NCBI GenBank assembly: GCA_041675145.1
Contig: JBAYUK010000002.1
Location: forward strand, 280,530-344,529
Reading direction: 5' to 3'
DNA from: Patescibacteria group bacterium
Lineage (GTDB): Bacteria > Patescibacteriota > JACPGU01
Length of the DNA: 64,000 nt
The position numbers were made by a program, and so were the translations under genes. This document shows positions 33,014 to 42,395 of this stretch, piece after piece. Every line of letters starts with the position of its first letter. The stretch's first letter is position 1. The notes beneath the pieces are model-generated. The model worked only from the letters and a program-made list of their open reading frames with translations. It did no database searches and was not told where the DNA came from.

Positions 33014-33586
33014 ATGAATAGAAAAGAAGTTATAAATAAGATTGAAGAATTCCGTCAAACTTGTAAAGAATACAGCAAGCTTCTTTTGGATTCTCGCGAT
33101 AGTGTTGTGCCTGAGATCGTTCGTAATCATGATTCAATTGATGAGGCAAAGGCAGATTTGAGCAGATCCTTTGCTTTTTTGGAAGAATATATTATTAAGT
33201 TTGGTAATAACCCTAGAATGAGTGACGGTGTTTGGAATGTCACATACTCTCCTTATAGTAACGCATTTAGCACTGATACACTTGTTCGTGTTGCCCCATC
33301 ATTAGACAGAGTTGTTGACGATCTTAATATTGTCTTGGGTAGAATCGAAGCTACTACTGACAGTGAATTCGCAGAGAAGATGAACCCTTTACCACAAAAT
33401 AGCAGTGGAGAGAGCGACAGTAAGGAAGTAACAATCAATGATATAGAAAAACCTCATAAAGAGTACTGGAATATGGTCTTCGCATCACTTATGGGCTGGG
33501 CGAGGTCACATGTTTCTACGGTGATCGCAGGTGTTATAATTACACTAATTGCTGGCTTCTTACTTTTTAAACTTGGCTGGAACTAA
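33014..33586 (+). CDS. Hypothetical protein with a C-terminal transmembrane anchor
   Basis: ORF fills the gap between the DUF4145 gene and hsdS; hydrophobic tail VIAGVIITLIAGFLLF. Confidence 0.7.
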   Translation: MNRKEVINKIEEFRQTCKEYSKLLLDSRDSVVPEIVRNHDSIDEAKADLSRSFAFLEEYIIKFGNNPRMSDGVWNVTYSPYSNAFSTDTLVRVAPSLDRVVDDLNIVLGRIEATTDSEFAEKMNPLPQNSSGESDSKEVTINDIEKPHKEYWNMVFASLMGWARSHVSTVIAGVIITLIAGFLLFKLGWN

Positions 33587-33587
33587 A

Positions 33588-34733
33588 ATGACGTTCACAT
33601 CTTCGAAAAATTGGAAGACAGTAGACTTGTCAGAATTGGCAGCTTTTTCGAATGGGAAAAGTTCCCCAGATAGGCTTGAGAGCGGACAGTATCCAGTTTA
33701 CGGAGCTAATGGAATTATTGGTTTTACTGATATAAAGAATTCTGATAAAGAATCAATTATTATCGGTAGAGTCGGATCGTATTGTGGAAGTCTATATTTC
33801 TCAGAAAATGAGTCATGGGTTACTGATAATGCTATTATCTGTAAAGCAAAAGATAATTCTGATCCAAAATTTATTTTTTATTTACTAAATACATTAGGCT
33901 TAAACTCTCGTGCAGCAGGATCTGGTCAACCACTAATAAACCAGTCAATTTTAGGGTCTATAGAAGTCATTATCCCACAAAAGAAGGAGGAGCAAAAAGA
34001 AGTTGCGGCGGTGTTAGGGTGTTTGGATGACAAGATTGAGCTGTTGCGGCGAGAGAATAAAACGCTCGCAAGCATCGCGCAAGCGATATTTAAAGAATGG
34101 TTTGTAGATTTCCGATTTCCTGGGCACGAAAAGGTAAAGATGATTGATGGACTGCCTGAGGAGTGGAAGGTTGGTAAGTTAGGGGAGTTTTGCAATATCT
34201 CAATTGGACGAACTCCACCACGAAAAGAAGAAGAATGGTTTTCGAAATATCCAAGTGATGTAAAATGGATTTCTATTAAAGACATGGGAACAAGCGGGGC
34301 TTATATTTTTAATACTTCAGAATATTTAACCCAAGAAGCAGTGGATAATTTTAATATTCCTGTGATTCCAGAAAATACTGTGATTATTAGTTTCAAGATG
34401 ACGCTTGGACGTGTTGCAATTACAACCGAAGAAATGCTTTCAAATGAAGCGATTGCACACCTAAAACCAAAAGATAATCTTTCGCCAGAATTTCTGTATC
34501 TAACCATGAAGAATTTTGATTTTAATTCTATGGGTAGTACTTCATCTATTGCAAGTGCTGTAAATTCACAATCGATCAAGGATATGGAAATTGTAGCTGG
34601 AGGTGATCATATAATGAAATTATTTAGCCAAATTACTAGCCCTATTTTTGAGAGATTAAAAAACGGAGCAAAAGAAATCCAAACCCTGTCCAGGTTGAGG
34701 GATGATTTGTTGAATAAGATTTTTAATGTATGA
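33588..34733 (+). CDS. hsdS: Type I RM specificity subunit HsdS
   Basis: Two TRDs separated by EQ..A.VL..LDDKIE..N..L..IAQAIFKEWFVDF; C-terminal L..LRD.LL; start reassigned to 33588. Confidence 0.93.
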   Translation: MTFTSSKNWKTVDLSELAAFSNGKSSPDRLESGQYPVYGANGIIGFTDIKNSDKESIIIGRVGSYCGSLYFSENESWVTDNAIICKAKDNSDPKFIFYLLNTLGLNSRAAGSGQPLINQSILGSIEVIIPQKKEEQKEVAAVLGCLDDKIELLRRENKTLASIAQAIFKEWFVDFRFPGHEKVKMIDGLPEEWKVGKLGEFCNISIGRTPPRKEEEWFSKYPSDVKWISIKDMGTSGAYIFNTSEYLTQEAVDNFNIPVIPENTVIISFKMTLGRVAITTEEMLSNEAIAHLKPKDNLSPEFLYLTMKNFDFNSMGSTSSIASAVNSQSIKDMEIVAGGDHIMKLFSQITSPIFERLKNGAKEIQTLSRLRDDLLNKIFNV

Positions 34734-36232
34734 GAAATATTCTGGACTTTACGAATGTGGAGGCAAGAAGCTTTCTTCTCAAGGGAGATAGTTATGTTAA
34801 CTTTGATCTCCCAAAGTATTTTACATTCGATGATTTAATCAAAAAAATATCAAATAAGATTGATAATAAAGAGTTATCAGATTTTTATGCAACTACTAAG
34901 CCTAATCATCCAAAGACTTTTGATGAAGTTAATTATGTTTTGCTAAATAATAAAGATGGTAGGTATGCATGGAGGCCATTTGAAATAATCCATCCGACAA
35001 TATATGTCTACTTAGTTCATCGGATTACAGAGATAAATAATTGGCAAACTATATTGAATAGATTTAGATGCTTCAAAGAACATACGGTAATATCTTGCAT
35101 GAGTCTACCTATTGAATCAGAAAATAGCGACAGTGATAAGGCTAGCCAAGTTATTAATTGGTGGAATGAAGTCGAACAGCGGTCTCTTGAATGTGCCCTG
35201 GAATATGAGTATGTATATCATACTGATATTAGCGACTGCTATCCTTCGATATATACTCATTCGGTTGTCTGGGCTTTACATACAAAAGAAGTAGCTAAAA
35301 GAGAAATAAGAAACAATAGTTTATTAGGGAATATTATTGATGGATGTCTTCAATCAATGTCTTACGGTCAAACAAATGGGATACCTCAGGGTAGCGTTCT
35401 GATGGATCTTTTGGCGGAACTTGTACTTGGGTATGTAGATGAACTAGTAACAGAAAGAATGAGTCAGATTGATGTTTGTGAATATAAGATAATTAGGTAT
35501 AGAGATGATTATCGTGTCTTTGTGAATAGTCCAGAAATAGCGGAAAGAATATTAAAAATACTTACAGAGGTTCTTATTGGCCTGGGTCTAAAGTTAAATA
35601 GTAGTAAAACGGTATTATCGGTAAATGCCATAGAGTCATCCATCAAACCAGATAAGTCACATTGGATTCAGTATGGTAGTGAATTAGGGTCATTATTGGT
35701 TTTTGTCAAGCGATTACATAGCTTTTCAGGTCAATTTCCTAATTCTGGCACATTAGTTAAAATGCTCCAAAGGTTTTATAAAAAGATCGAGAACTTAGAT
35801 TCTTTAGATGACTATATTAATCCTGTAGTTATGATTAGCTATTTAGCCGATATTGCCTATAGGAATCCCAGAACTTATCCAATAGCAATAGCAGTTATTA
35901 GTAAGTTGATTCTATTTATTAAGCAAGAAGATCGCCAGGCTCTTATTGATAAAATAAGGAAGAAATTTTCTAGAATTCCCAATACAGGCCACTTAGACTT
36001 ATGGCTTCAAAGAATGACTATTAAGATTTATCCAGGTATACTATATCCAGAAAAGTTATGTAGAAGAGTCTTTGATTCAAATATTAAGATTTGGAATAGT
36101 GATTGGCTTTGTAAAGATATGCAAGATTTAATACAATCTACACCTTTAGTTGATTTCGGAGTAATCAACTCTTTTGGAGACTTTATTTCTTCACAAGAGG
36201 TAGCATTATTTAGGCAGCTACAGGACTCGTAA
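34730..36232 (+). CDS. Abi-type reverse transcriptase (Abi-P2/AbiK-like) with a helical C-terminal domain
   Basis: RT motifs TDISDCYPSIYTHS, NGIPQGS, RYRDDY, LKLN..KT; ATGA overlap with the hsdS stop. Confidence 0.88.
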   Translation: MRNILDFTNVEARSFLLKGDSYVNFDLPKYFTFDDLIKKISNKIDNKELSDFYATTKPNHPKTFDEVNYVLLNNKDGRYAWRPFEIIHPTIYVYLVHRITEINNWQTILNRFRCFKEHTVISCMSLPIESENSDSDKASQVINWWNEVEQRSLECALEYEYVYHTDISDCYPSIYTHSVVWALHTKEVAKREIRNNSLLGNIIDGCLQSMSYGQTNGIPQGSVLMDLLAELVLGYVDELVTERMSQIDVCEYKIIRYRDDYRVFVNSPEIAERILKILTEVLIGLGLKLNSSKTVLSVNAIESSIKPDKSHWIQYGSELGSLLVFVKRLHSFSGQFPNSGTLVKMLQRFYKKIENLDSLDDYINPVVMISYLADIAYRNPRTYPIAIAVISKLILFIKQEDRQALIDKIRKKFSRIPNTGHLDLWLQRMTIKIYPGILYPEKLCRRVFDSNIKIWNSDWLCKDMQDLIQSTPLVDFGVINSFGDFISSQEVALFRQLQDS

Positions 36233-36235
36233 TTT

Positions 36236-39200
36236 ATGAAAATTATAAATGAATCCACAATTGAACAACTTACAATCGATCTTCTTCGCGAAGCGGGGTT
36301 TTTGTATAAAAGCTCTGAGGAATTAGAACTTCAGAGACCAGATTTATCGCAGGTTGTTTTGCGAGTATGGCTTATTGCGGCTATTAAGAGGCTCAATTCT
36401 GGTTTGCCAGTTGAGGCACATAATTTTGTAATAAATCAGATCACTAATACAGTGAGTCTAACTGACAAAGTAGTCGAGAATAATAGAGCAGTACATCGAC
36501 TGCTTGTCGAAGGTGTGCCAGTAGAGATATCGGAAGACGGGCATATGCGCGGATATAACGTGCGAGTCATCGATTGGGATGACATGTCTAAAAATGAGTT
36601 TGTAGTAACGAATCAATTTTATATAAAGGGTCTGGAGCGAGATAAGATCCCCGATATTGTATTGTTTGTAAACGGATTGCCTTTGGTGGTGATAGAGCTC
36701 AAGGATGCGAAGAACGAAGACGCGACGGTACATAAGGCGTTTACTCAACTGACGAACTATCAGAAAGCTATTCCTGATTTGTTTGCCTATAATGGTATAC
36801 TCGTTGTCTCTGATGGTCTCGATGCTCGAGCGGGTACGATCACGAGCGGTTTTGATCGTTTCCTGGCATGGAAATCAGTAGATGGAACGAAGGATGCGCA
36901 GCGGACAACACCAGAGATTGAGACTTTGGTGCTTGGCATGTTGCGACCCGAAGTATTGCTGGATCTGATCCGAAACTTTACTGTGTATGAAGAGGAAAAA
37001 AAGACGTTGGATGACGGATCTTTGGAAATTCGCACGATTAAGAAAACGGCGGCGTATCATCAATATTTTGCAGTACAAAAGGCGATTGATTCAACCATTC
37101 ACGCGACTGAGTCTGATCACAGAGCTGGTGTGGTGTGGCACACGCAGGGATCAGGGAAATCGCTTTCGATGGTCTTTTACGCTGGGAAGATTATCCAGAG
37201 ATTGGGAAATCCGACTATTGTGGTGCTGACTGATCGCAATGACCTGGATCAGCAGTTATTTGATACTTTTGCGGGAGCCAAGGATTTGTTGCGCCAAGAC
37301 CCGGTGCAGGCAGAAGACCGCGCTCATTTGAAAAAGTTACTCGCAACCAGTGGTGGCGGGGTGATATTTACTACGATTCAAAAATTCTCACTCGAAGAAG
37401 GTGAGAAGGAATACCCGATGTTGTCTGACAGATCAAATATTATCGTCATGGCCGATGAGGCGCACCGATCGCAGTATGGATTTGATGCAAAGGTGCGGGA
37501 GGTGCGTGGTGTGGATGGGATTACGAATGGGGCGATCGTTTCGTATGGATTTGCCAAATATGTCCGGGACGCATTGCCAAATGCTTCTTTCCTTGGATTT
37601 ACCGGGACGCCGATCGAAAAGGGTGATGCGAATACTAGGGCGGTCTTTGGTGACTATGTTGACGTGTATGATATTCAAGCGGCGGTAGAAGACGGTGCGA
37701 CTGTGCCGATTAGCTACGAGTCGCGACTGGTAAAGCTCGAATTTAACGATACCGAAAAAGCTGAACTCGACCGAGCAGTAGATGAAGTGCTGGAAAGTGA
37801 AGAAACAAGTGTAACGGAAAAAGCAAAGGCTAAGTGGGCGCAGCTCGAGGCCGTGGTTGGGCATAGGGCGAGACTACGCGACATTGCAAAGGACCTGGTA
37901 ACGCACTTTGAAGTCCGCCAAGAAGCATTTGATGGAAAGGCGATGATTGTCGTGATGAGCCGTCGTATCGCTGTTGAGCTCTATGATGAGATTATTAAAC
38001 TACGACCACAGTGGCATGATGATAGTAAGAAAGGTGGTGTGATTAAGGTTGTGATGACAGCTGCCTCATCTGACCCGGTGGGCTTTCAGCCTCATCATAC
38101 AACTAAGGATGATCGCAAAGAGTTGGCGCTACGATTTAAAGATACGAAAGACTCCTTGAAGCTGGTGATTGTGCGGGATATGTGGCTGACAGGTTTTGAT
38201 GTGCCGTGTTTGCATACAATGTACATTGATAAGCCGATGCGGGGTGCAAATCTGATGCAGGCGATTGCCCGCGTCAATCGGGTCTATAAAGATAAGCCAG
38301 GCGGATTGATCGTTGATTATATTAGTATTGCTTCGGACCTTAAAGAAGCATTGGCTGTCTATACGGAGAGTGGCGGAAAGGGAGGTGTGATTGCCGATCA
38401 AGCAGTAGATACACTGCCACATATGTTGGCAAAATTTGAAATAGTACAAGGGATTTTGGATGGAGTGAACTATGATAAATACTTTAAAGATGATGCAAGA
38501 GGAAAACTAGAAGCGATCTTAGAAGTAGAAGATTTCTTACTTGGAAACGAAGAACGCAAAGAACGGTTTTTGAAAGAAGTAGTGGCGCTGTCAAAGCTCT
38601 TTGCCCTGGCAATGCCAAACTTGCGAGCTATTGAGATCCGTGATGAGGTGGCATTTTTCCAAGCAGTAAAGGCGCGGATTATGAAGCTCGCGAGCGACGG
38701 CGGCGGTCGCGATATAGATATTGAGACGACTATTCGACAGTTAGTTGATAAGGCGGTCGTCTCACAAGGCATTATCGATATCTTTGATGCAGCTGGGATT
38801 AAGAAGCCAGATATTTCAATTTTGTCTGACGAGTTCCTGGAAGAAATTCGAACCATGGAGCGACAGAATATTGCACTCGAATTGCTGAAAAAAATCCTCA
38901 ACGATGAATTGCGTTCACGAGGCAAGAAAAATGCAGCGCAAATGAAGAAGTTTTCAGAGATGTTGCACAATGCGATCAAGAAATATCAGAATAATCTACT
39001 GACTGCTGCGCAGGTGATTGATGAATTGATCAAGCTGGCGAAAGACGTGAAGGAGGCCGACAAGCGGGGTGAGACACTAGGGCTGACTGAAGACGAAATT
39101 GCATTTTATGATGCTCTATCGCAAAACGAAAGTGCGGAAAAAGTGCTAGGTGACGACAAGCTCAAGGAGTTGGCACGAATTCTGGTAGGAAGGGTGCGTG

Positions 39201-39367
39201 AAAACGCCACGATCGACTGGAGTTTGCGAGAGACTTCACGAGCACGCATGCGAGTGATGGTGAGACGATTACTGAATCAATATGGCTACCCGCCAGATTT
39301 TCAAGAGATCGCCACCGAAACGGTGTTGGAGCAAGCGGAGTTGTTTGCGAAGGAAGAGATAAGATAG
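36236..39367 (+). CDS. hsdR: Type I RM restriction subunit HsdR
   Basis: [54 protein letters not shown]. Confidence 0.97.
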   Translation: MKIINESTIEQLTIDLLREAGFLYKSSEELELQRPDLSQVVLRVWLIAAIKRLNSGLPVEAHNFVINQITNTVSLTDKVVENNRAVHRLLVEGVPVEISEDGHMRGYNVRVIDWDDMSKNEFVVTNQFYIKGLERDKIPDIVLFVNGLPLVVIELKDAKNEDATVHKAFTQLTNYQKAIPDLFAYNGILVVSDGLDARAGTITSGFDRFLAWKSVDGTKDAQRTTPEIETLVLGMLRPEVLLDLIRNFTVYEEEKKTLDDGSLEIRTIKKTAAYHQYFAVQKAIDSTIHATESDHRAGVVWHTQGSGKSLSMVFYAGKIIQRLGNPTIVVLTDRNDLDQQLFDTFAGAKDLLRQDPVQAEDRAHLKKLLATSGGGVIFTTIQKFSLEEGEKEYPMLSDRSNIIVMADEAHRSQYGFDAKVREVRGVDGITNGAIVSYGFAKYVRDALPNASFLGFTGTPIEKGDANTRAVFGDYVDVYDIQAAVEDGATVPISYESRLVKLEFNDTEKAELDRAVDEVLESEETSVTEKAKAKWAQLEAVVGHRARLRDIAKDLVTHFEVRQEAFDGKAMIVVMSRRIAVELYDEIIKLRPQWHDDSKKGGVIKVVMTAASSDPVGFQPHHTTKDDRKELALRFKDTKDSLKLVIVRDMWLTGFDVPCLHTMYIDKPMRGANLMQAIARVNRVYKDKPGGLIVDYISIASDLKEALAVYTESGGKGGVIADQAVDTLPHMLAKFEIVQGILDGVNYDKYFKDDARGKLEAILEVEDFLLGNEERKERFLKEVVALSKLFALAMPNLRAIEIRDEVAFFQAVKARIMKLASDGGGRDIDIETTIRQLVDKAVVSQGIIDIFDAAGIKKPDISILSDEFLEEIRTMERQNIALELLKKILNDELRSRGKKNAAQMKKFSEMLHNAIKKYQNNLLTAAQVIDELIKLAKDVKEADKRGETLGLTEDEIAFYDALSQNESAEKVLGDDKLKELARILVGRVRENATIDWSLRETSRARMRVMVRRLLNQYGYPPDFQEIATETVLEQAELFAKEEIR

Positions 39368-39415
39368 CTACTTTTAAATAGAGCCGTATGGCTATATTTT
39401 TGTTATAATACACTT

Positions 39416-39688
39416 ATGCTAGAGCAAAAAGAAATGTATGTCGATCAGTACCTAAGGGAGAACGGCAGGCTGCTTGAGGAGCGGCCCGCCACTGGTCAGG
39501 CGTTTGAGCTTAATGGAGCTTATTATTGGACCTGCTATTTGCTGACGGTAAAGATACCGCAAGGTGAGCATAAGAAGAGAATATTTCTTCATATTGGTGC
39601 ATTCTTGCCATTTGATTGGCGCCCAGTTGATGAGTACGATGTTCCTGGCTTGATAGATTTCTTAAACATGTATTACCGTAAGAGCTAG
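39416..39688 (+). CDS. Hypothetical protein, 90 aa
   Basis: ORF preceded by TGtTATAAT six bases before the ATG. Confidence 0.6.
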   Translation: MLEQKEMYVDQYLRENGRLLEERPATGQAFELNGAYYWTCYLLTVKIPQGEHKKRIFLHIGAFLPFDWRPVDEYDVPGLIDFLNMYYRKS

Positions 39689-39690
39689 CT

Positions 39691-39750
39691 ATGCCAAAAT
39701 ACTACAACTCACAACGGAAAAAAAAGAGCTGTATCAGCCTGCAGAGATAA
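39691..39750 (+). pseudogene. 5' remnant resembling the start of the 40709 nuclease gene
   Basis: atgccaaaatactacaactcacaacg..ctgtatcagcc versus atgtcaaaatactacacagcacaacg..ctgtatgaacc; frameshifted in an A run. Confidence 0.55.
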
Positions 39751-39786
39751 CTTCTCGACAGGCTCGAAGTGACCCATAACTCAACC

Positions 39787-40485
39787 ATGACAGACGAACA
39801 AATACAAAAAAATGCGGACCAATATTTAAAAGATCACAAGGCAGATATCCTAGAGATGTTTGCGAGTCCAGAACACTATTTTCCGACTGAAACACCGGTT
39901 ACTATCTTTATGGCTGGTTCTCCTGGAGCAGGTAAGACTGAAGTCGCTAGCGCTTTGTTTGATGAGTTGAGGAGCATGAAGAGTCCTCCTGTTAGAATAG
40001 ATGCAGATATGATTAGGTCTATGCTGCCCGGGTATGTAGGCGGGAACGCTCATGTATTCCAAAAAACAGCTAGTACGGGAGTGCATATATTGTTTGACTA
40101 TGCGTTAAAGCATAACCTGAACGTTATCCTCGATGGTACTTTTTCACATAGTAGTGCATCGCAAAACATCGAAAGGTCTTTGAAGCGAGGTAGGACGGTT
40201 ATTATTTATTTTGTATACCAGGATCCTCTTATTGCCTGGCGTTTTACACAGGCGCGCGAAGCTATCGAAGGGAGACGGGTAACAAAGGAGACGTTTATCA
40301 ATGCATTTTTAAAGTCGCGGGATAATGTTCGACTAGTTAAGGAACAATTTGGCTCAGAGATTAGGCTCGACGTTATACTAAAAGACTTCACGCACGACAT
40401 CGGACAGGTATTTACTGATGTAGCTGAAATTGACCAGTTCCTCCCAAAGGCATATACTAAAGAAGAACTAGAGACTCTTATATGA
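39787..40485 (+). CDS. Zeta-toxin/PezT-like P-loop kinase
   Basis: MAGSPGAGKTE, IDADMIR, ILDGT, FVYQDP..AW.F..RE..EGR. Confidence 0.85.
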   Translation: MTDEQIQKNADQYLKDHKADILEMFASPEHYFPTETPVTIFMAGSPGAGKTEVASALFDELRSMKSPPVRIDADMIRSMLPGYVGGNAHVFQKTASTGVHILFDYALKHNLNVILDGTFSHSSASQNIERSLKRGRTVIIYFVYQDPLIAWRFTQAREAIEGRRVTKETFINAFLKSRDNVRLVKEQFGSEIRLDVILKDFTHDIGQVFTDVAEIDQFLPKAYTKEELETLI

Positions 40486-40682
40486 TGAAAATACAAGCAA
40501 TAAAACATATAGTACAAAAGGCTAAGAAAGATACAAAGCAGGAGTTCTCTGACTTCTTTCGTAATGCACCAAAAGAAGAGCAAATAGCGCTCCTTAAACG
40601 AGTAGCTCAGAAAGCAAATAAAGAACAAAAAGCAGTAGTAGATAAATATAAAAAAACATTAGCTAGAAAAATCGCTCGTTAA
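40482..40682 (+). CDS. Small helical basic protein coupled to the zeta-like gene (putative antitoxin or partner)
   Basis: ATGA overlap with the zeta stop; FSDFFRNA..EQ..L..V..AN.EQ. Confidence 0.65.
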   Translation: MMKIQAIKHIVQKAKKDTKQEFSDFFRNAPKEEQIALLKRVAQKANKEQKAVVDKYKKTLARKIAR

Positions 40683-40708
40683 GAGCGGTTTTTTGGTATA
40701 ATACATTC

Positions 40709-41509
40709 ATGTCAAAATACTACACAGCACAACGAGATAAAGGACTGTATGAACCAGGGGGTACCAAGCCCTTTAAGTTGTCGCGCTCAAAGATTGACCT
40801 TTTTATTTCATGTCCTCGGTGCTTCTATTTAGATCGCAGGCTCGGAGTTGGGCGCCCTCCAGGGTTTCCGTTTGCCTTGAACTCCGCTGTGGATACTCTT
40901 TTAAAACAGGAGTTTGATACCCACCGCGTGGCAGGTACTCGCCACCCTCTCATAGAACAGTACGGCGTTAATGCTCGGCCTGTTGCTCATGAGAACCTCG
41001 AACAATGGAGACATAACTTCACGGGAGTGCAGTACTTGCACGAGAAAACAAACTTCCAAGTATTTGGAGCAATCGACGACCTTTGGATAAATGAGGCAGG
41101 GGAATATATTGTGGTGGACTACAAGGCTACCGCGAAAGAAGAGGCCATCACTACTCTCGACAAAGACTGGCATGATGGATACAAGCGTCAGATGGAGATA
41201 TACCAGTGGTTATTGCGCCACAACGGGCATAAGGTATCAGATACGGGGTATTTCGTATACTGTAATGGTCGAGCAGATCGTGCTGCCTTTGATAAAAAGC
41301 TCGAATTTGATGTCACCCTTATCCCGTACAAGGGATCAGATGAGTGGGTAGAGGGTAAAATCAATGAGGCGTATGGGTGTCTCAACTCAGATGAGGTGCC
41401 AGTTTCATACCCTGAGTGTGACTACTGCTCATATATTAAGGCTGTGGAGTCTCACGAAGGTGCAAAAGGAGCTTCAGCTAGTAAGAAAGCACAGGGGAAG
41501 CTCTTCTAG
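40709..41509 (+). CDS. PD-(D/E)XK nuclease, RecB/Cas4-like
   Basis: LSRS..CPRC, GAIDD, VVDYK, Q..IY, C..C near the C terminus. Confidence 0.85.
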   Translation: MSKYYTAQRDKGLYEPGGTKPFKLSRSKIDLFISCPRCFYLDRRLGVGRPPGFPFALNSAVDTLLKQEFDTHRVAGTRHPLIEQYGVNARPVAHENLEQWRHNFTGVQYLHEKTNFQVFGAIDDLWINEAGEYIVVDYKATAKEEAITTLDKDWHDGYKRQMEIYQWLLRHNGHKVSDTGYFVYCNGRADRAAFDKKLEFDVTLIPYKGSDEWVEGKINEAYGCLNSDEVPVSYPECDYCSYIKAVESHEGAKGASASKKAQGKLF

Positions 41510-41587
41510 GTTGAAATTTGTTGACGAGAGTAAGATTTGGTATAATAGATACATAACGGAGGGCGGTATATCACTAGCCCTTTTTGT

Positions 41588-42319
41588 ATGTCTCAAAGAC
41601 ATTTGCCTCCTGTGAGTCTGTTCATTGCTATTATGATGCTAATTGCCATCCTAATCCCGGTAGCAGCCTTTGCGGCAGACCTATCCGGACCTTTAGAAAC
41701 GCATGTTGGTAGTGACCTGGATACGCCAGTAGATGAGATAGTCTTAGTGCCACAGGTACCAAAGGTTTTTACTACTACCTGTACGCAAATAACTAATGTA
41801 AATCCCGACTATATCCCGTATGCCCAGGCAGCAGCAGCCAAGTGGCTCGGAGGGGATACCAATATCTTGTACGCCCTAATCCAAGTAGAATCGAAATGGG
41901 ATGCGAGTGCAAAGAACAGGGTGTCTTCAGCTTCAGGTCTTGGCCAGTTTATTACCGGTACTGCTCGTGGATATACTGAGCTTACTGGTGGGTCAGATGT
42001 GATGCGTCGTGGCAAGAAGATCTCGGCTGCTCCCGAGCGTATCTGGGAACCCGCAACTGTCTTTGATGATCCTAAGAGCCACTTCCCAGAAGATGCCCGG
42101 TTCAACCCTGAACGAGCAATCTTCGCAGTAGCACATAAGATGTCTGGAGCACTCTCAGGTGGCCGTTCACTCCTTGATGCGTATGCAGTTAGCTACCATG
42201 GCTTTAACGCTAATGACGAACGAGGGAGAAGTATTGCATATGGAGCAGGGAATAAGTTTGTTTCTGTATACAAACAACTAGAAAAAAATGGCGGATGCCA
42301 GATTATAGAGAAGAAATAG
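41588..42319 (+). CDS. Secreted lytic transglycosylase (SLT domain)
   Basis: Signal peptide, IQVES.W..A.N..SSASGLGQF. Confidence 0.8.
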   Translation: MSQRHLPPVSLFIAIMMLIAILIPVAAFAADLSGPLETHVGSDLDTPVDEIVLVPQVPKVFTTTCTQITNVNPDYIPYAQAAAAKWLGGDTNILYALIQVESKWDASAKNRVSSASGLGQFITGTARGYTELTGGSDVMRRGKKISAAPERIWEPATVFDDPKSHFPEDARFNPERAIFAVAHKMSGALSGGRSLLDAYAVSYHGFNANDERGRSIAYGAGNKFVSVYKQLEKNGGCQIIEKK

Positions 42320-42327
42320 GGAAGTAC

Positions 42328-42358
42328 AAAAAAGAGGAGCCGAATGGCTCCTCTTTTT
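42328..42358. terminator. Bidirectional terminator
   Basis: aaaaaagaggagcc-gaat-ggctcctcttttt. Confidence 0.85.
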
Positions 42359-42395
42359 ATGTCTCTCGTATCTTTCTCTATATCTCTACAACTCT

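Noticed and set aside
34730-36232. RT as a retron, group II intron or DGR
   Set aside because: No flanking non-coding space for msr-msd, intron RNA or a template repeat; no VTG retron motif or maturase domain; YRDD and the helical tail fit Abi-type RTs
40709-41509. Cas4-like nuclease as a sign of a CRISPR-Cas locus
   Set aside because: No array or other cas genes in the window; solo RecB/Cas4-like nucleases are common
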